A DNA stretch of 64,000 nucleotides from the human T2T-CHM13v2.0 reference genome, Homo sapiens. Made by a program: the position numbers and the translations under genes. The notes beneath the pieces are model-generated. The model was not told the origin of the DNA. It searched no databases and saw only the letters and a program-made list of their open reading frames with translations. Positions within the stretch are counted from its first letter, which is position 1, and every line of letters starts with the position of its first letter. Below, one piece after another: positions 45,967 through 64,000 of the stretch. The stretch is taken from the NCBI RefSeq assembly GCF_009914755.1, contig NC_060929.1, one strand, 5' to 3'.

Positions 45967-46436
45967 TGAAGGAGTTGAGAATATACTACTCCAAAATATG
46001 CCACACTGGCATTTTGACTATTTTAAGTTAAATATGCTTAAAAAACAGCAGGCACAAGAAGATCACCGTGACCTTTCTTCTGTTTCTTAAAAGCAGATGA
46101 AATTCTCACATGAATGATGCCCTCCCGTACCAGAAGTAAAGTAACATTCCTATCACCAAAGACAGGAAGTTAATGCCAAGATAATTCTGTACCAACCTTA
46201 TTAAAATAACTGATCTTCTAGCCTCAAAAATTTACTTTTTCACAATTTAGTATTCTGTCTAATTTGGTATTTAATTGCAACTCTAACTCCATCTTTGGGT
46301 CTTCACTTCCTTTGGAAGGGCCCATGCCACATTAAGTTTGTATAAAATAGTCTTGTATGTTGATCTACCTTAATTTAATTCTTAAGTCTAGCCAGAAAAC
46401 CCTGAAAAGGTGGAAGTAAAATTTGCCTCCCTTATA
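45967..46436 (+). mobile_element. MER34-like solo LTR inserted in L1
   Basis: Starts TGAAGGAGTTGAGAATATACTACTCCAAAATATGCCACACTGGCAT and ends TTTGCCTCCCTTATA; L1 sequence resumes on both sides. Confidence 0.7.
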
Positions 46437-46764
46437 TTATCATTTGATGCTTTCAGTCTTTAACTTTGGCCATTCTGTTAGGTATGTAATGGTATCTTGA
46501 TGTGGTTTTAATTTGCTTCTCTAATGTTGAGCATCTTTTTATGTACTTATCGGCTATTCTTATATCTTCCTTTTTAAAGTGTTGTCTGAACTGGGCGCTG
46601 TGGCTCATGCCTGTAATCCCAGCACCTTGGTAGGCTGAGGCAGGCGGATCACTTGAGGTCAGGAGTTCGAGACCAGCCTGACCAACATGGTGAAACACCG
46701 TCTATACTAAAAATACAAAAATTAGCCGGGTGTGGTGGCATACACCTGTAATCCTAGCTACTCA

Positions 46765-47196
<432 letters not shown>

Positions 47197-47225
47197 TAAT
47201 AACAATAATAATAAATAAATAGCGT

Positions 47226-47357
47226 TGTATGGCAGATGCACCTGACAGCAATAACTTTAAGCATACCCTGAGAATACCCTGTGGTCTAAGAAGAATGTGT
47301 GCTTGGAGCTAAGGAATCCGGGAATGGCCAAGGCGAATATTCACTCCTTATCTGTGG
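47226..47357 (+). mobile_element. LTR fragment (LTR47-like from memory), followed by an Alu right-arm fragment
   Basis: TGTATGGCAGATGCACCTGACAGCAATAACTTTAAGCATACCCTGAGAAT...GAGCTAAGGAATCCGGGA. Subfamily not verified. Confidence 0.5.
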
Positions 47358-48560
47358 AGCTGCTTGGGAGGCTGAGGCTGTAGAATTACGTGGGGCCCAG
47401 GAGTTCGAGGCTGCAGTGAGCTGTGATGGCACCACTGCTCTCCAACGTGGGTGACAGAGGGAGACCCTGTCTTGAAATAATAAAAATAAATAAATTATGC
47501 CCAGTTAGCCACTTGGGATCCATCTTGAAGGACTGGCTTTTTCAGGTTCACATTTGTTCACAAATGCAAACACACACACAACAATTCCTCATAATTTATA
47601 TTAATAGATTTCTCTGAATGCCTCTTAGAGTTTACCATGCGCTGTGTGCTCTAAATGAATGTAACATTAAAAGTCAGATGATTTTTTTAGTTCAATTTGA
47701 ATGGCAATTTTTGATGTTCTTAAATTGGTACAGAGCCATAATTCAGAATAGCGGTGCAAAGCTCACTGAGCACGTTCATGACCCTTGAAAGTCTTCGAAA
47801 ACAGATTACTGGGCTTCGCTCCCAGAGAATGATTTCGTTTCTTAGGTTCTGTGGTGCAGGCAGGTTTGGAAATCACTTATCTAGAAGTCCTTAATGCTTT
47901 GTGAAACTTAAGGCCGCTCACTCCATCTACCATTTTCTCAGAGGGCAGCATAGTATTAATGGAAATGACCCGTTGCATTTTACTTCTTGCGTGCTGTTAC
48001 CACCACTGCCTTTTACTCTCCTTTGAAATAATTAAAAGCACTGGGAAGGGAAAGCACTGGAGAATTTTACTAAACATAATCTGTTGCAATAAGGTGTAAC
48101 TAAATAAAATGATAGAAAACTGTGCCTTTTAGAACAGGAATCAACTGCATGATCTGTGTGCTTTCCAAAAGTGTGGCTCACTCTTCTTTTGCAAAAGAAA
48201 ACTACAAGGAATCTTGACAGGAAGTTGTTGGGTTTTTGTTTTTGTTTTTGTTAAGTAGTTAGTTCTACCAAATAGTTTTGCAAATAGACCCAGGCTTGAC
48301 TGGCAATTAAACATGAAACTTCTCATTGGGTATTTTCGAGACTACTACGGGGAATCAGCTACCAGCTTACTGCCATGTGGAGAACTGCACGAGATTCCGG
48401 GATTGGAATCAAAATGCTAATTTAAAAGGTCAAGTGAAGCTGCTCCTCACGTTTTGGCGTGCCTGCGCTCTCTGCAGGCAGAAGCGAACAAAGACCCAGC
48501 AAGAGAAGGCAGAGGCTAAGACCCATCCCGTATCTGCTCTCCTGAAATAATTCTGGAGTC

Positions 48561-48590
48561 ATGCCTGAAATGCCAGAGGACATGGAGCAG
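48561..48590 (+). CDS. MAT2B: MAT2B alternative first coding exon (variant 2, MPEMPEDMEQ); splices to exon 2 to give a 323-aa isoform
   Basis: ATG CCT GAA ATG CCA GAG GAC ATG GAG CAG|GTAAGA. Strong donor, phase 0, in frame with the exon starting at 57156; 30+942 nt = 323 aa + stop. Confidence 0.93.
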
Positions 48591-50851
48591 GTAAGAACTA
48601 GCAATTCAAGAAATGAAGCATTCTAGAGTAAGAGATGCTTTAAAAGCATTCCAGTGAACGCCTGCTAAAACCAGAATTGTTGTGTAAAGAAAATAGAAAC
48701 GGGTGTCATTCATTTCCTTAAAACATAACCTCGGGACATGGAAGAATAAGCCAACTTTAGTTACTGACCCGGAGAACCAGGTTATGAAGGGCTCAGCTAA
48801 GTCTCACTAGCTGACAATACAGAATTGCACTTTCATTTACCATTTTAAATGCAATTATGTATATAAAGTTTCTACATAAATAAGGATTTTATCTGTAGTG
48901 TGTTCCTTTCCAGATGTTCTTTGTCTTTGTATGAATTGAATCTGCTAACATAACTTTTAGTTTCAGGCTGCTCTCTTTAAATGTATAGACTTAGCCACCA
49001 CACGAAGTTGTATATTGTCTATGTTAAGAATGGCGTTTGATTCGCATAGACCCTACCATCATTAAAGAAAATGATTAAAAACCATATCCAAACATATGCC
49101 CCTAGAACTGTACCCAACTTTTACGGGGAAAGTATCAAGTCAGATTTTCAAAAGCAGCCAAGTTAAATTCTTTCTGTTCCTCAAGACTAGGCTGCTCTGA
49201 GAATCAGAATGCTAATTGCATATGCTTGCCCTTAAACCTGCTTCACGTTGAAGAATGAAGAATTAATTTTCTTTTCTCCCATAGAAAGGTAAGATTACAT
49301 CACGTGTTGCGACTAGAAACTTTAAACCGAATTCCCAGTTAAGAGAAAAAGTAGTAAGATGATCTTGGCTGCTCCCCCGGCCCTCTTCCCGCCCTCTTCT
49401 TTGTTGTCCCCTGATTATGCTTGTTTAGCGCTGGGGCAGTCCTCAAGGATTCCCTAAATAAAGCCAAACTGATGAACAGTAATAGCCTGTGTTTAAAAAA
49501 AAAAAAATCGGAACATAAGAAACCTCAGGCTGTCTTCGATTACTGTTCTAGAGAAACTTTATGTTTACACGAATAAGGAAATGAGTTTTTGTTGGGGGTT
49601 GAGGAGGAAGGAAAGTCATGGTGTTCTGACGTGGAAAACTTCTTTAAAAGGCTGCTTAGTCTTTAGTTTGAAAATAAACCAAAAAGGTTTAGGAGTCGGG
49701 GAAAGGCCCTAGGAAAATCCAGACAGTGGTCACGTTTGTGGACGACGTTTAGAGCTTGCTATCCTGGGCACACAAGAACCCTTGGACTGTTCGGTGCAAA
49801 GTTGGCAAATCCTACACGGCCTGTGCCAGGGTTTACTTTCTGCATCAATTTCACAGGCGTCCAGCCTGGCTGAGGACTTTTTGCGGTTTTTAACTGGAAG
49901 GGAAATAAGTCGGCATCAGCACTTAGGGCTGCTTAACTTTTAAAAGGTGGTAGAACGCCCAGCCTTACACGCTGCTGCTTAAATTCTCGGTGCTCACCAA
50001 GGCTGGGCTCGTGTGGCCCAATCCTGCAATCCCCGAGGCGGTGTTTCTTAAAGAGTGGGCTTGATTCTGGTTAAACCCATTAAGAAGTCGGACCCCGGGC
50101 TCGTTTCTTGTTCTGTAATTATGGGTAAAGTCCAAGGATCTGCGTTTTGAAGAGGTACCTAAGTAGTTCATCTTCCTTCCCCCTACAACTTTTTATTTTT
50201 AATTAGTTAAAAATAGTTTTACATTTTTGATATCTCACACACAGGTTTTTTCTTTTTTTAAGCATCCCAGGAAGACAAATGGCTCAGACGCCAACCCTTT
50301 TATTTTTATTCCTTGTCTTTTTCTAAATCTTTCAAAACCCCCACCTAGAGCTCTAGAGATGTGTCCATTATGCTCTACCCACCTCCGCCCCCGCCCCCAT
50401 GACTTTAAAATGCTTTTTATTCCACTTTTTATATTGCTCAGTCGATCCTCATGCACTGCGCAGTCTGCAAACTTGAAACTCAAGGCGATCCACTTCAATC
50501 TTTTCCCGAGTCAAGAAAAAAAGGAAAAAAAGTAGAATAAAAAGCACTCAAATAAAATCTCCGAAACAAAACCTGAATTCACTGCCTAAGGTCAGGGCCT
50601 TTCTTTTGTGTGTCGCTTTAAGCATCGGCGCGTGGGCTGGGGGCAGACCGCGCGTACCCGCCCTCTTTCTGGGGCGTCGGCGGAGCGTGGCCAATCAACG
50701 GGCGCGGCTATGGCAGCGGAAGCCGGAAGCGGCGAGCGGGGTCGTTCTGGGCCTAGGGGAGGCGGGCCGAGGGCGTCTGAGCTGAGGCCCGCGTCGATCC
50801 TGGGTTGGAGGAGGTGGCGGCCGCTGAGGCTGCGGCGTGAAGACGGCGGGC

Positions 50852-63521
<12,670 letters not shown>

Positions 63522-64000
63522 TTTATTTGTGTTGGGTTCTTTTTTTTTTTTAAATGAAAAGTATAGTATGTGGCACTTTTTAAAGAACAAAGGAAATAGT
63601 TTTGTATGAGTACTTTAATTGTGACTCTTAGGATCTTTCAGGTAAATGATGCTCTTGCACTAGTGAAATTGTCTAAAGAAACTAAAGGGCAGTCATGCCC
63701 TGTTTGCAGTAATTTTTCTTTTTATCATTTTGTTTGTCCTGGCTAAACTTGGAGTTTGAGTATAGTAAATTATGATCCTTAAATATTTGAGAGTCAGGAT
63801 GAAGCAGATCTGCTGTAGACTTTTCAGATGAAATTGTTCATTCTCGTAACCTCCATATTTTCAGGATTTTTGAAGCTGTTGACCTTTTCATGTTGATTAT
63901 TTTAAATTGTGTGAAATAGTATAAAAATCATTGGTGTTCATTATTTGCTTTGCCTGAGCTCAGATCAAAATGTTTGAAGAAAGGAACTTTATTTTTGCAA

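Noticed and set aside
48313-48425. Short uORFs upstream of the MAT2B V2 exon
   Set aside because: They end before the V2 ATG and probably lie upstream of the start site (TATA-like motif at ~48420); cannot be placed in the transcript from sequence alone.

Overview
Human (primate) genomic DNA, recognisable as the NUDCD2-HMMR-MAT2B locus (5q34). It holds three coding exons of NUDCD2 on the minus strand (the last exon lies left of the window) and the complete 18-exon HMMR/RHAMM CDS on the plus strand (exons sum to 2178 nt = 725 aa + stop). NUDCD2 and HMMR share a ~640-bp bidirectional promoter with NRF1, CCAAT and tandem CHR sites. The window also has the complete MAT2B CDS with two alternative first exons (334 aa and 323 aa). 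Introns and the intergenic region are full of Alu, L1, L2, MIR, MER and LTR elements. These include a truncated minus-strand ERV-L provirus with nested insertions, two young AluYb8 copies in inverted orientation, and a 41-nt 5S rRNA retrocopy. Most ORF-track entries are Alu/L1 or intron read-through artefacts. I see no wholly new gene system. The best leads are a stop-free, frame-preserving MAT2B exon 3-6 circle bracketed by complementary Alus, a CFTR-like (TG)n-Tn acceptor in NUDCD2, an overlapping uORF on MAT2B V1, and an LTR provirus aimed antisense into HMMR. Repeat boundaries and subfamily names were read by eye and are approximate.
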